Of a DNA stretch of 64,000 bases, positions 13,718 through 27,929 are shown piece after piece. The translations under genes and the position numbers were made by a program. The stretch's first letter is position 1; each line of letters begins with the position of its first letter. Below the pieces are notes generated by a model, which did not search any database, was not told the origin of the DNA, and worked only from the letters and a program-made list of their open reading frames with translations. This DNA comes from Octopus vulgaris (lineage: Eukaryota): contig OX597814.1 in NCBI GenBank assembly GCA_951406725.2, positions 180,296,001 to 180,360,000 on the forward strand, in the 5' to 3' direction.

Positions 13718-14671
13718 CAGCTCGTGTATAGGCACTGCGGAACTGCAGCATCCCCTATTTTCACTCGATGTTATTGATAAAATTCAATATAATGAGTCCT
13801 TTAAAAAAATTCTTTATTTCTAATTGTACATTATATAATCCTTAAGCTTAATGACAGTAGTCATCCCCTAGTTTATGAAAAAGATACAAAATCCTCGTAT
13901 AGAACTGTGTTTGTGTTTGATTCCCACCACCACCTGGCAACCGGTGCTGGTGTGTTTACGTTCTCGTAACTTAGTGGTTTGACAAAAATTACCGATAGAA
14001 TAAGTACTAGGCTTACAAAGAGTAAGTCCTGGGGGCGATTTGTTCGACTAAAGCCCTTCAAGGCGAAGCTCCAGCCTGGCTGCAGTCAGATGACTAAAAC
14101 ATGTAAAAGAATAAAAAAAAAAACGAATACACGCGCGCACGCACACACACACACACGCACACACTCACAGATATAACGTAAGTTGCCAACATGACCCCGA
14201 GGTCGTTATTTCGATTCCTGGATCGGGAGGGCGTTGTCTTCTGGAGTAAAGCACTTCATCCCACGTTACTCTGCGACCACTTCGACCTCTTTTCTTTTTT
14301 TCTTTCTTTCTTTCTTTTTTTTTTTTTTGCACGCCATGTACAAGCAATAATTGTATGGTCGAAGGAATGAGTTAATGTACGATGCAATCTTTTAATCACT
14401 ATAAGCAAAAATCGGTGCAGGTTATTCAATAAAAAATTATCGACTCTCTCAAGTTGTTCAGCAAGAAATTGCAGAACTTAAAGGAGAGTCCACGAATTTA
14501 TCGACCACTGAAGGATGAAAGGCAAAGTGAACTCCGGTTGGACTAGAAATGAAAACGTAAAACGCCAAAACAGACGCCATGATTTCACACAGAAAGAGAA
14601 GTAAGCAAGAGAGACAAAAGACAAAGTTGATCTCGTCGGGAATTGAGTTCAAAACAAACTAAATTACGAAA

Positions 14672-15603
14672 TATTGATTTCAAATTTTCGCATAAGACCA
14701 GCAATTTTGGGGGTAGTGGGGGAAGTTAATTAAATCGAGGTCGAAGTGCTTTACTCCAGAAAACAACGCACCGCCCGATCCGGGAATCGAAACAGCGATC
14801 TCATGATCATGTAGGCAACTGGTACTTATTTTATCGACTCTCAAAGGATGAAAGGCAAAATCGACCTGGGCGAAATTTGAACTCAGAACGTGAAGACGAA
14901 CGATACACCGCTAAGCATTTCGCTCGGCATGATAACTATTCTGCCAGTTCGCCGCCTTTAAACTACTAAATACTGGTTTAAAATTTTGGCAAGAGATCAG
15001 CAAATTCGATGGAGGGTAAATTAATTATATCGATCTCAATGTTCAACTGGTACTTATTTATTGACCCCCGAAAGTATGGGAGGCAAAGTAAACCTCGGCG
15101 AAGATGGACGAACCCGGTGGTTATCGATTCTATCAACACGCTGCCTTTAAATTACGAAATACTGATTTCAAATATTGGTACAAGCCCAGCAATTTCAGAG
15201 CAGGGGGTAAGTCGATTACATCAACCCCAGTGCTCAGCTGGTACTTATTTTATCGACCATCAAAGGATGAAAGGAAAAATCGACCTCGGCGAAATTTGAA
15301 CTTAGAACGTGAAGACGGACGATATATCGCTAAGCATTTCGTTCGGCGTGCTAACGATTCTGCAAGCACGCCGCTTTTAAACTACGAACTATTGATTTCA
15401 AATTTTGTCACAAGACCAGCAATTTCGGAGTAGGAGGGGAAGTCAGTTACATCGACCCCAGTGTTCAACTGGTATTTGTTTTATTGGCTCTGAAAGAATT
15501 AAAGGCAAAATCGACCGCGCGGAATTTGAACTCAGAACGTAAAGACGGACGAAATACTGCTAGGCATTCTACCCGTGCTAACGATTCTGCCAGTTCACCG
15601 CCT
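14672..15603 (-). mobile_element. Tandem array of ~4 SINE family A variants (alternative tail), each separated by a ~13-bp aaa(c/t)tacgaaata spacer
   Basis: Repeated ~230-bp units tattgatttcaaattttg...ctgccagttcgccgcctt. Confidence 0.8.
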
Positions 15604-16744
15604 TTAAACTATAAAATATTGCAAGAATTTTGTTTGACACTCTACAGAGTTCGATCTTTCACCGTCTATAAATAAATAATATTGATTTCTACTCTGACAC
15701 AGAGTCACAATTTTGGAAGAACAGTCAGTCACCCAGGGATCATTACGGCTTCATTCGCACTGTACGATTTAGTTCAAATTTTCAACACTGATATAAGTTT
15801 GTTGATATAACAAAAATCACGTTCATTGTGAGCATAAATTAATAATAAAAAGAAATTATAAACGTTTAAAGTTTGATAAGTCGCATTTGTTTGCTTCCAT
15901 AACCAGGTTTTTGAAGTAATGCAAGCCGTAGGCTGGGATTAGGATTTCGAGTTATAGATTAGGGCTTGGTTTAGGATTATGATGCAGGTATCAGAATGGT
16001 GACCTCTTGCAAAAGCTGTTTGTGCCTATAGCAGAATTTCATTGTCTAGACTTAAAATATAAGTACTGGGACAGATTTATTCGACTAAAACCCTTCAAGG
16101 TGGTGACCTAACATAGCCACAGTCCACTAACTGAACAAGTAAAAGATAAAAGATAAATGTGATAGGAATGACTATAGTGGTTAACATGGTCATCACTGCT
16201 ACTTTAATTCATCGACATCAGATGAAAGAAATATCGCAACTAATATATTCTCATATAATAATAAAATTCCACTGCAGTTTTATTTCCTGTTGTCAAAATG
16301 AAGGCAGACGACCACATGGAGGATATTTCCCTGCGTCACTGCAATACAGAATTAATAAATCATGACAAAGGTTTCCGAATAGCATTGATGAACAAGACAC
16401 CATTCAGAGACATTTCTACATTGTTATACATTGATGTACAAGACGCCATTCAAAGATACTTCAGAAAATCGTGTAACAATACAATAAAGCAGTCAAGGAA
16501 GAAGATTCTCAAAATAAGATGAGGAATGGATTGAAAAATATAAAATGGTAGCAAGAGGAAATTATATTGTTTTCAGAAATAGTTCTTAGTTTAATTCTAG
16601 GAAAATTAATTCTAGGAAAAGTTGCTAACAGGCTAAAGTTGAGAAATTTTCCTTTTGTGTTTCGACGAAGCGTTTAGAGGGACGCAGCTATAGCTAAATG
16701 GTTAAAGAGGTCGCTTTGCAATTACGAGATATCGTAATATCTTT

Positions 16745-18158
16745 GGCTTTATATTGCCGCCCCAGATCAGGCATTGAATACCAACTCAATAAAAAGTGAT
16801 ATATACCACCACACAAGTGTACCGAACCTCTGCATGATGTGTGGGAAGAAGGTCGAAGGCGTGATTCACATCGTCAGCGTTTGTGAAAGTCTTGCGCAGA
16901 AATAGTTCAAGCACAGACACGGCAAGGTAGCCCTAAATCTTCACTGACTACTGTACCGGATGTATGGATATGAGGTAACAGGTGTTTGGTACCAACATAC
17001 ACCGGAAAAGGTAATGGATGAAAACAAGAAGGCAAAGTTCCTATGGGACTTTGACTTCCAGACAGACAAGGTGCTAGAGCACCGAAGGCCGGGTATAGTA
17101 TCCTTTAAGAGGGACAAGTACGACTGTCTAATACTAATAATTGATGTAATAGTGTCAGAAGATCAACGTAATGTCATGGAAGAAAAAGAAAATGCGGGGC
17201 GAGCTGGCAGAAGCGTTAGCACGCCGGGCGAAATGCTTAGCGATATTTCGTCTATCTTTACGTTCTGAGTTCAAATTCCGCCGAGGTCAACTTTACCTTT
17301 CATCCTTTCGGGGTCGATTAAATAAGTACCAGTTACGCACTGGGATCAATGTAATCGACTTAATCCGCTTGTCTGTCCTTGTTTGTCCTCTCTGTGTTTA
17401 GCCCATAGTGGGTAGTAAAGAAATAGGTATTTCTTCTGCCGTTACGTTCTGAGTTTAAATTCCGCCGAGGTCGACTTTGCCTTTCATCCTTTCGGGGTGG
17501 ATAAATTAAGTACCAGTTACGCACTGGGGTCGATGTAATCGACTTAATACATATGTATGTCCTTGTTTGTCCCCTCTATGTTTAGCCCCTTGTGGGTAGT
17601 AAAGAAATAGGCATTTTGTCTGCCGTTACGTTCTGAGTTCAAATTCCGCCGAGATCGATTTTGCTTTTAATCCTTTCTGGGTCGATAAATTAAGTACCAG
17701 TTACACACTGGGGTCGATGTAATCGACTTAATCCCCTTTGTCTCTCCCTGTTTGTTTCCTCTATGTTTAGCTCCTTGTGGGCAATAAATAAATAAGAAAG
17801 AGAAAAAAGGTCGACAAATATGGAAACCTGAAGATTGGGATCGCCAATATGTGACAGCTGAGAGTCAAACGTAAAGGTTGTTCCTGTTGTCATCGGAGCA
17901 TTGGGTTCAATAGCACCCAATCTGAAGAAACATCTGGAAACTTTAGAAATATCCTACAATTGTGGCGTACTGCAAAAATTGGCTTTACTCGGGACTGCAC
18001 GCATATTGCGTAAAGTATTCTCTGTTTTAAAGTCCTTTTTGTGACTTGAAGACGGTGCAAACGCCCGGTACACACAATATCTTCAATCTCTACATCACAA
18101 AATTAGACACAGTGCGACGTCTTCAATAATAAAAATAAAAAATGAAATAATAATAATA
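16745..18158 (+). mobile_element. R4/Dong-clade non-LTR retrotransposon 3' remnant, interrupted by a SINE trimer and ending in (TAA)n
   Basis: 'AAPDQALNTN..CMMCGKKVEGVIHIVSVC..RH..WYQHTPEKV..FLWDFDFQTDK..RRP..ID' (CCHC finger + RLE) continuing after 17795 as 'VVPVVIGALG..LQKLALLGTARILRKV'; 3' end runs into taataataa. Confidence 0.85.
17194..17795 (+). mobile_element. SINE family A trimer nested in Dong element
   Basis: One head followed by three units joined at aaagaaatag|g(t/c)attt. Confidence 0.85.
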
Positions 18159-18217
<59 letters not shown>

Positions 18218-18428
18218 AATGATGATGATGACGGCGACGATGACGACGACGACGACGACAACGACGACGATGATGATGATGATGTTGAGGAGGAGGAGAA
18301 AGACGAAGAAGAAGAAGAAGAAGAAGAAGAAGAAGAAGAAGAAGAAGAAGAAGAAGAAGAAGAAGAAGAAGAAGAAGAAGAAGAAGAAGAAGAAGAAGAA
18401 GAAGAAGAAGAAGAGTAGGAGGATGAGG
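18146..18428. repeat. Compound trinucleotide microsatellite (TAA)(GAT)(GAC)(GAG)(GAA)
   Basis: Directly visible. Confidence 0.95.
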
Positions 18429-18857
18429 AGCGTACTGAAATTACAAGAGTCAATGATTGAACAAGTTGGGGGATGCGTTCTATATGCGATCTCTTTTATA
18501 TTCCGTTAGCAAAATCAGGAAAAATATTGGTTTCTAATATTCATATTTCACTTCGGCATATGATTTCAAAAGTATCGGTGAGTGGGCGGTGTAAACTTGC
18601 TAATTAGATAGATTCCAGCACATGGCTGATGGTACTTATTTCATCAACTGTAGAAAAAGAGGAAAATATAAAATCGGCTGCATCAGTATATGGGAACTTG
18701 CAGTGTTAAGGGAAATAATCGAAAACGGCACGGTCCTTTGTCAGGTATTTTCTACTGATAACGACAATCAACTCCTTTATAATAATAAAAAAAATAGTAT
18801 GAGGCATCATAAGCTCCACCCCAATTTAACAAATGTGAACATAATGCATGTATTCAT

Positions 18858-19331
<474 letters not shown>

Positions 19332-19335
19332 CATA

Positions 19336-20649
19336 TATTGGATTGGCAAAAAAGTAATTTTGTTTTTCGCAAATAGATAGAGTTACGATTTTTAAAAATG
19401 ACTTTTGTCAATGTTATGATTTTTTCCTTTTGACATTTGATAGCCGTTACTTTTAGCTTACTTTAGAACCAAGTTGCGTGTAATTTTGTTTACAGCTGTT
19501 AGTTCATTGTCAATTTTAACATGGAGTGCAAAACGATCATTTTTTTCCCACCATATTTTTGCTTTTTTATTTCCGTAAAGGCAAGAAAGCTGCTGAGGCT
19601 CACAAAGAGATATGTGAAGTTTACGGTGTTGATTGCTTAACAGAACACACATGTCAGAAATGGTTCAAAAACTTCCGTTCTGGAGATTTTTCACTCAAAG
19701 TCAACCAACGTTCTGGTCGACCTACTGAAGTTGATGATGAACGAATGAAAGCCATAATTTTATCTGATTGTCATGTAACTCTGCGAGAGGTTACAGAGAA
19801 GTTAAATATATCACACACAGCATTTGAAAATCAAAATATTTTGGGCGCGTTAAGAAGCTTGATATTTGGGTTCCACATAAATTGAAAGAAATTCATTTAA
19901 CGACAAATCAATATTTGCGACATGCATCTCAAACGCAATGAAATCGACCTTTTTAGAAACGAATCACCACTGGTGATGGAAAATAGATTGTCTGCAATAA
20001 TATCAATCGAAAACGATCATGGTCCAAGCGTAATAAATCAGCACAAACCACATCGAAAGCTGAATTATATCAAAAAAGGTCATACTGTCAACTTGGTGGC
20101 ATTACATCTTAATAGTTTGGTTCTTTGGAAGCAGCTCAAAATACACATCTTTGTGTATTTTGAGCTGCTTCCAAGGAACCAAGCGATTAATTCAGTTGTT
20201 TACAGTCAACAACTAATGAAACTGGAGGAAGCAATCAAAGAAAAACGACCAGAATTGGCAAATCATAAAGGAATTGTGTTCCACCATGACAACGCTAGAC
20301 CACGTACGTCTTTGCTAACTCTCGAAAAATTATTGGAGCTTGGTTGGCGAGTGATGTCACATCCAGCATATAGCCCTGACCTTGCACCATCAGATTACCA
20401 TTTATTTCGAAGTTTGCAAAATTCTTTGAATGGTAGAACTTTCAATAATGATGGTGACCTGCAACCGCACTTGTTTCAGTTTTTTGGTTTATGAGGACCA
20501 GAAGTTCTATGAGCGCGGAATCATGAAGTTGCCCGAAAGATGTCAAAAGGTCATCGAACAAAATGGAAAACATATAATTGATTAAAGTTCATTCTTTGTA
20601 TGAATGACTTTAATTTCACCCCCCAAAAAATCGAAATTACTTTCTTGTC

Positions 20650-20658
<9 letters not shown>
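19336..20658 (+). mobile_element. Near-complete degenerate DD34D mariner (mellifera-like subfamily)
   Basis: TIRs tattggattggcaaaaaagtaattt / aaattactttcttgtcaatccaata flanked by TA; ~1.32 kb. Confidence 0.92.
19521..20585 (+). pseudogene. Frameshifted mariner transposase
   Basis: 'WFKNFRSGDFSL..RSGRP', 'WVPHKL', 'TGDGK', 'HHDNARP', 'HPAYSPDLAPSDYHLF'; several frameshifts and an inverted-duplication insertion. Confidence 0.9.
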
Positions 20659-20723
<65 letters not shown>

Positions 20724-20732
20724 ATACATATA

Positions 20733-20779
<47 letters not shown>

Positions 20780-20827
20780 TAAAAAATAAAAGTAACCACA
20801 AAAGAAGGAAACCACAATATTAGATAA

Positions 20828-20953
20828 GTAGTGGATCCGTCGTGCAGAGCTAGGCCAAAGGCGGAAATGTTAGAGGTGGAGTGGTTGGCCAAGCGGAAGT
20901 GACGGACGACGGGGGTGTTCGAACGTAGCGGAATATCCCTTAGATGTTCGGTG

Positions 20954-20958
<5 letters not shown>
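20828..20958 (-). mobile_element. Penelope-like GIY-YIG endonuclease fragment
   Basis: 'TEHLRDIPLRSNTPVVRHFRLANHSTSNISAFGL' resembles the post-YIG segment of Penelope endonucleases. Confidence 0.6.
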
Positions 20959-20988
<30 letters not shown>

Positions 20989-21131
20989 CACTTATATGTA
21001 TACTATATTTCATACACAAGAAGCCATAATTTAGAAATGAAATGAATCTAAATATTAGAAAGTCTTATTGTAGGTGAACTAAGAATCACAAATATCTTGA
21101 CTTTTCCACTGATTCTGTAACACCACGCTCA

Positions 21132-21345
<214 letters not shown>

Positions 21346-22129
21346 GATTTGAAATAAATTTGATTAGGTATGGGAAAAAAAACAAAGTGACCGGGCGTAT
21401 TTCCAGTGCATTTAGTTTTCCATGTTACTGAATTTATTTTTCGTGCAACCCATAGTTCACCCAGCATGTGTCTAAAAATCTTGCTTAAAAGAGCAAAACA
21501 ATATTTGTACTTCGTAACATCAGTATTTTCTGAGCTACCACAACAAAAGCTCGAAGCAATAAATCACGCAGCAAACGGTGAATAATCATGTCCCAAACGC
21601 AAGAAATGACAGCCGAATGGTCTTTAAATTTAGCTGTACTTTCTTTTAAAAACAATAAACATTGAAGGACAGACAAATTGTACGTCTGTCATGGAATTTC
21701 GCACAGAAATGAAACCCCAAAAAAAAAAGACGAAATGTTCATCACTAGAACGCCTTTTATTTCATGTCTGCTTATATATGGCTGTCCGGGGTCAGAACAG
21801 CATAAATAGGATAAAGACAAAACCATCGGTGGTTTTCTGAGTGATCCGATATTTTGGCTCGTAGGCGGTTGGTGGCTTTTCATACGAGATTTTCTATGCT
21901 TACAAACGTAAAATCTCAAAGGCATACAAAGGATTTAAGAAGAAATGATAAATGAACGTTTCTCATGTAATTTCAGTCAATATGCAAAACAGATTTGCCA
22001 GTCACATCATGTTCACGTATTTCATCAAATAAATAAGATTATATGGAGCATTCATTTCAAGTTTCGTTCTGTTGCGCTGTTGATCACTCCCAATAATATA
22101 TAACATTCCATGTAAATTTTATATAGATA

Positions 22130-22165
<36 letters not shown>

Positions 22166-22614
22166 TACGTATAATAGAAGTATTGATGTATCAGCTTGAT
22201 CGATGCATTGCCTATAGCCAATTCTAATTTAGGCAGCTATAACAACCCTGCATTTTAAGTTGCAGTTAAAATTGATGTTTAGACAAAATGTCGAATGAAC
22301 CACTAGTCGTGTGTACATATTATCTTATGTCATCAGATATATAACCCGCAATATATGTTTACAAATATATTTGTATGTGCATGGTTATGCATATATATGT
22401 ACATATGTACGAGTATGGATGTGGGCATAGTACTGAGAGCTATAAATATAAACATTATAATTGAGTCTCCAAGGGAACTTCTGTATGGATACGTCATCAG
22501 CTAGAAACATTCCTAAACCCTCCAAAATCACATCTCAGTATATCTTTAAAAAAAAATCCATGCTGCAGTAATATATATATATATATATAGTATAATATAA
22601 TATAATGTGATATA

Positions 22615-22654
<40 letters not shown>

Positions 22655-22838
22655 TGTTGTGTCTGGGGACCGGTAAAATTTCCACTTATTTCTTATTTTT
22701 ATTTTCCTAAAATTTTCGTTGCAACCTTTTCATTAGTCTTGACTATTGAAAAGGTTGCACTATAAGGCACAAAAAGAAAATGGCTCTCCCCAGATACAAC
22801 AGAATACGCTTCAACACATGAACTCACACACATATATA

Positions 22839-24099
22839 TTAGGTCGTCAAGTATGAAATTTGTAGAAAATAAAGTTTGAGAATGTTTTATAAATACAAGG
22901 ATTAGGTTTATTCATCAACGTTGGCACCCATATTGTCAATACACTTTTGCCATTTCAGCGGTAGCTCGTCCAGCCCGGAACTGTAAAAGCCTGGCAATCT
23001 AGAATCAATAAAATCTTGGAAGGCCTATTTTACAGCATCGTAGGTATTGAATTTTTTTCCTATCAAATCGTTATCCAAATTCTGGAAGAAGTGGTAATTA
23101 GTGGGGGCAAGGTCAGGTGAGTGTAGTTGATGATGGAGAACTTCCAACTCCAACTCCTGTAGTTTTGCCAATGTCATTTTTGCGATTTGTGGTCTGGCAT
23201 TGTCTTGCAATAAAATAGGAGTGAATCTGTTAACTAATCTAGGCTGCTTTTTCTTATAAGTTTCTGCATCATTTGGTCCAGTTGGCTGCAGTATACTTCG
23301 GCCGTGATTGATGAGCTAGGTTTGATGAAATCATAATAAACCACACCTGCACCAGGCCACCCAACACACACCATCAGCTTCTTTTGATGAATGTTGCTTT
23401 TTGGATTGTGTTTTGGTGGCTCATCTTTGTCCAACCATTGTGCTGAATGTTTACGGTTATTGTATTGGATCCATTTATAATCACATGTTACAATTAGATT
23501 AAAAAATTATTCATTTTTGTGACAAGAAAGTGGAATAATGCAGGCTTCGAAACATTGCTGTTTCTGATTTTCATTGCGTTCATGTGGAACCCACTTATCC
23601 AGTTTTTTCACTTTACCGATATGAACTACGTGAGTCAATATTGTCTGCTTGCAAACACCAAACAACAACGATTATTCACGGGCACTTTGAGATGGATCTG
23701 ACTTTACGGTGATTTCAGTTCGTCATTATCCACCTTTATTTCTGGTTGCTCATTTGTGAGGTCAAAGTTCCCAGAACGAAATTTTGCAAACCAATTTAAT
23801 ACATTCATTAGAATGAAATACTCCATTAATATTCTGAGCTGTCTGTGACGCTGCATTTCCAACAAAGCACTCATATTTCAAAACTGTAAGAATTTCCGCC
23901 TTATCCAACTCTAAACAAAAATAGCAAAAACGATTTATAAATACTTTATAAAGCGCAAAATGAGTTAGAATAAAGAAATATATGTGTCGGCTTTCTAACA
24001 AAAAAAAAAAAAAGATTGTCAAAATATAATAATGGCGCAAAATGAGCAGCTGTCAAAATTTACCAAATACCTTACTATAAATTTCATACTTGATGACCT

Positions 24100-24101
<2 letters not shown>
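22839..24101 (-). mobile_element. Near-complete degenerate DD34D mariner (cecropia/Hsmar1-like)
   Basis: TIRs ttaggtcgtcaagtatgaaatttgtag / ctataaatttcatacttgatgacctaa; left TA intact. Confidence 0.9.
22908..23908 (-). pseudogene. Frameshifted mariner transposase
   Basis: 'WFAKFRSGNFDL', 'WVPHE', 'VTCDYKW', 'HQKKLMVCV', 'LQDNARP', 'HSPDLAPTNYHFF', 'WQKCID'. Confidence 0.9.
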
Positions 24102-24155
<54 letters not shown>

Positions 24156-24218
24156 CATACATATTCCATGAGAAATAGAAGTAACATGAGAGACAGAAAG
24201 ACTTTGAAGAAGTCACAG

Positions 24219-24250
<32 letters not shown>

Positions 24251-24280
24251 AAAAAAAATAATATATATATAAAAAAAAAA

Positions 24281-24324
<44 letters not shown>

Positions 24325-24523
24325 TTAATTGTCCTGTATTCTATTTTTGTTGTTGTCTTTAAATATACGTCCAGTTCCTTTGGTTTGTGTCTATGTTTTC
24401 GTTTCTCATTGTGTTCCACGTCCTTTTGGTGTCCTGTACTCATATATGCGTGTATATGTACATGAAGAGGTAGGTACGTACATATATGTTTATATATATG
24501 CATATGTTTTATTTTATTTATTA

Positions 24524-24565
<42 letters not shown>

Positions 24566-24669
24566 TACACACATACATACATACATACATACTTATATAT
24601 ACACACATACATGTATGTATGTATGAATATATATCACCCGCTAGCTTGCCAGCTGAATAGAATGTGCTT

Positions 24670-24704
24670 CGCTGAGGATGTCTAGCTCGGTCGAAACATG
24701 TCCG
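24670..24704 (+). ncRNA. Minimal type I hammerhead-ribozyme-like motif (Penelope pLTR type)
   Basis: CTGAGGA-tgtctagctcggtc-GAAAC-AT-GTC; catalytic boxes canonical, stems I and II weak. Confidence 0.45.
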
Positions 24705-25885
24705 TTCGTTGATCTGTTGACCTTAAATCCCACATTCACTTTGATCTGCATTACCTGTGTTGTTCTGATTCCCACTCAATTCACCTAATTACATTTATCT
24801 TCCTTGCCTGTCTTGAGATTTTAAACAACCCCAGAGCGAGATTTTGGTCTGATGATTGTTTAGATAATTTCAATTGATTTAAGTTTTACAACTCGCTGTA
24901 ATACGTAATTTTAAACGCCCACAATACTTGTTTGTGTTTTTGCAGACCCAAGTGAATGTAAGTTTTTTCTCTCTCTCTCCCCCTCACTGTCTTAGTTTCT
25001 CTCTCTCCCTCTCTCTCCCCATCCATCCCTCCCTCCCTCTTGTTCCCTGTAGCTATTTTCCGTGATGCACAATTCAAGCAGAAATGCCAATCAGTAAACA
25101 TTGTCTTTTGATTGTTATCAAATTTCTTCTGAATTCGAAAAACAAATAAAGAAATTAAGAATTAAAATGAAAAATAGAAATCAACTCAGTTACTTCATAC
25201 AAAATCTTATTCAACTTCGGTAAATTACACAATAAAATTAAAGCATTTACGCATGTATAAATGTATATATTACATACCGCACTATAATAGTAATTTCACA
25301 GATTAGAATTAAGTATGAGTTCGTAAAGGATTACTAATGTCTAATTTCCCTCTTGTTTTGCTAATATTTTCCGCTTGATTCACTGAACTTGGTCCTCTTG
25401 TACCATTACCGTATTTCCCACGCTCTCATTCAATATATCTATGCTGCCAAAAAATTAATTGCCACTATTCTGTCATGTTTATTTGCATGGCTAGATGTCC
25501 GCTTTGGTATATGAGAAATTATTGAAGCCATTAAGCCTAAATTTTATTATCAATGAAGACTAAACAAACAAACAAAAATCATTTTTGAAAATTATTTGAA
25601 AATTAATGATGTGGAATTTTTAATTTCTTATTTTTAGTTTTAATTTTAATTTTTTAGTTTTCAATATGTCGTACAGTGAGCAACGTACAGCAGATATGAA
25701 TGTCGAAATAATTTTATTTTCATATTCCATATATTTCACTCCTTCGACAGTTAGATAGACTACTCTAAAAAAACTGACACCAAGAATTATTTCTTTGTAT
25801 ATTTTATTAAATGTTTTCAACACTGAATATTAAAATTTCAAATATTAAGAAAATCGATTCATCTAGAAATGGAAATTTATTTATA

Positions 25886-26042
25886 GGCGCAGGCGTGGCT
25901 GTGTGGTAAGTAGCTTGCTTACCAACCACATGGTTCCGGTTTCAGTCCCTCTGCGTAGCACCTTGGGCAAGTGTCTTCTACTATAGAAGTGTCTTCTACA
26001 AAGCCTTGTGAGTCGATTTGGAAGAAGCCCGTCGTATATATG

Positions 26043-26079
<37 letters not shown>

Positions 26080-26300
26080 ATGTGAGTTTGTGTGTCTGTG
26101 TTTGTCCCCCACCCAACATCGCTTGACAACCGATGCTGGTGTGTTTACGTCCCCCGTAACATAGCGGTTCGGCAAAAGAGAACGATAGAATAAGTACAAG
26201 GCTTACAAAGAATAAGTCCTGGAGTAGATTTCTTCGACTAAAGGCGGTGCGCCAGCATGGCCGCAGTCAAATGACTGAAACAAGTAAAAGTGTAAAAGAG
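25886..26300 (+). mobile_element. SINE family B copy
   Basis: Full head ggcgcaggcgtggctgtgtgg through tail agtaaaag. Confidence 0.85.
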
Positions 26301-26416
26301 TATTAAATCAACTACAAAAATAGAAAATATTCGAATGAATCTGTGAAGCAGTTTAATGTGCACAGGGCAACTGTTATAACAACACAAAGTAAAAAAGAAT
26401 AACTATCATTTATAGA

Positions 26417-26808
26417 TCTATATATATAAAGCTGAAGTTGTCTGTGTGTGGCAGGTTTGGTAGCCTTCAACTAACACTATCTCCTCCGAGACCCTGCAGC
26501 GCAAGTTGACCAAAATTGTGAGTATGATAGAAGAAGGCTTGCTCTTCATTCCTTAGAGGATAAAATTCAAATCGAACCATGTTAAGACCAAAAATTATTT
26601 ACATCAAAAAGGGTGCTTTTTTTTTTATGGAAGTCCCTATTTTTTACGATTTTTTGACTGCTGTGTCGCCATTTTTCGGTGTATTTCAACCAGGAAAATG
26701 TTCACTTAAAGAGAATAACAAGCTACATGATGCAAAATTTTTACTATTCAAAAATTCCAATTCTAAAGGGTCGAAACAAACCCGAGCAACGCCGGGCGAT
26801 ACTGCGAG
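26417..26808 (+). mobile_element. Non-autonomous Helitron-type element
   Basis: A|TCtatatatataaa ... cccgagcaacgccgggcgatactgCGAG|T (terminal CTAG mutated). Confidence 0.7.
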
Positions 26809-26837
26809 TCTTGAATAAAGTTTAAGACACACCTCAC

Positions 26838-26983
26838 CACTAGTGTAGCTAGAGTGTGTGCCGCTCGGGGCGGCACTTCTGTTTGCCACCACCGGAACCC
26901 ACAAAAAACATATATTGCCTACAGTAGACCCAAAAGTACCGCCCCTTTAAAAGTACGGCCCTCCCTCCCTAGCTACGCTAGTG
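26838..26983. mobile_element. hAT-type MITE (~146 bp)
   Basis: TIRs cactagtgtagctag / ctagctacgctagtg; 8-bp TSD cacctcac / cacttcac. Confidence 0.75.
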
Positions 26984-27338
26984 CACTTCACACATAAATA
27001 CGACACAATAGAAATAGCTGTATTTTTTTGGATAAAATATGAAACCTAATAAATATACGAACACAGACGCGCGCGCACACATTAACGCTCAAACAAAAAC
27101 ACATGGCAATTGTATTATATTTCACTTTTCATCAAATAGTGGAGGACTCGCTGTCGGAGGATCGCGGTTTCGATTCCCATTAAGTTTTATTCCTTTGTCA
27201 GTCTATTTTCTTATATATATATATATATAGTTTCAATTCGAATTTACTAAGAAATTCATTGATAAAGCACTGTTACAAAGATTGCTGCTTTTTGAATAGT
27301 TTTGCATTTATTTATCTAATTCTTAATTCATTCATTTT

Positions 27339-27583
27339 GGAGGCGCGTGGCATAGTGGCTAGGGTGTTGAACTCATGATCGTAAGGTTGTGGTTTCGATT
27401 CCTGGCTCGGGCGATGCGTTGTTTTCTTGAGCAAAACATTTCATTTCACGTTGCTCCAGTCCACTCATCTAGCAAAAATGAATAAACCTGCGACGGACTG
27501 GCGTCTCGTCCAGGTGGGGAATTTCTACGCCACTGAAACCGGGAAACCGGCCCTTATGAGCCTGGTATGGCTCGAGAAGGAAC
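27339..27583 (+). mobile_element. tRNA-derived SINE, family-C-like head with a different body
   Basis: A box tggcatagtgg, B box gtttcgattcc, ttgagcaaaacatttcatttcac, then cctgcgacggactggcgtctcgtccagg (resembles V-type SINE core). Confidence 0.7.
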
Positions 27584-27929
27584 ATTTATTTATTTAATTC
27601 AATCATTGCTGCTGTTGTTATCGTTGGTTTAGCTTCTCATCAGCTAGGACTGATCAGTTTTGTATCCAAGCGTGTTCCTGTCAAGATTATCCCATTTTTC
27701 TGTTTTTATTTAAGATATATTGTATACAGTTCAATATTACCTAATGTACGCTTTCTATTTTAAGAGAGGAGGGTGTAACTCGAGCGACCACATAGGAGTT
27801 ACATAGTCGGTTATTCGTTGTTGTTTAATACCCAAGTTATTACTGTTCGAGCAGGCAGACCTATGAACAAGAGCATTCAAGTCGTGACAATCTCGTCTTT
27901 TTATGGTATGTGGTACTACCGCACTAATG

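Noticed and set aside
16298-16522. 74-aa non-repetitive ORF MKADDHMEDIS...
   Set aside because: No recognisable motif or splice support; length expected by chance
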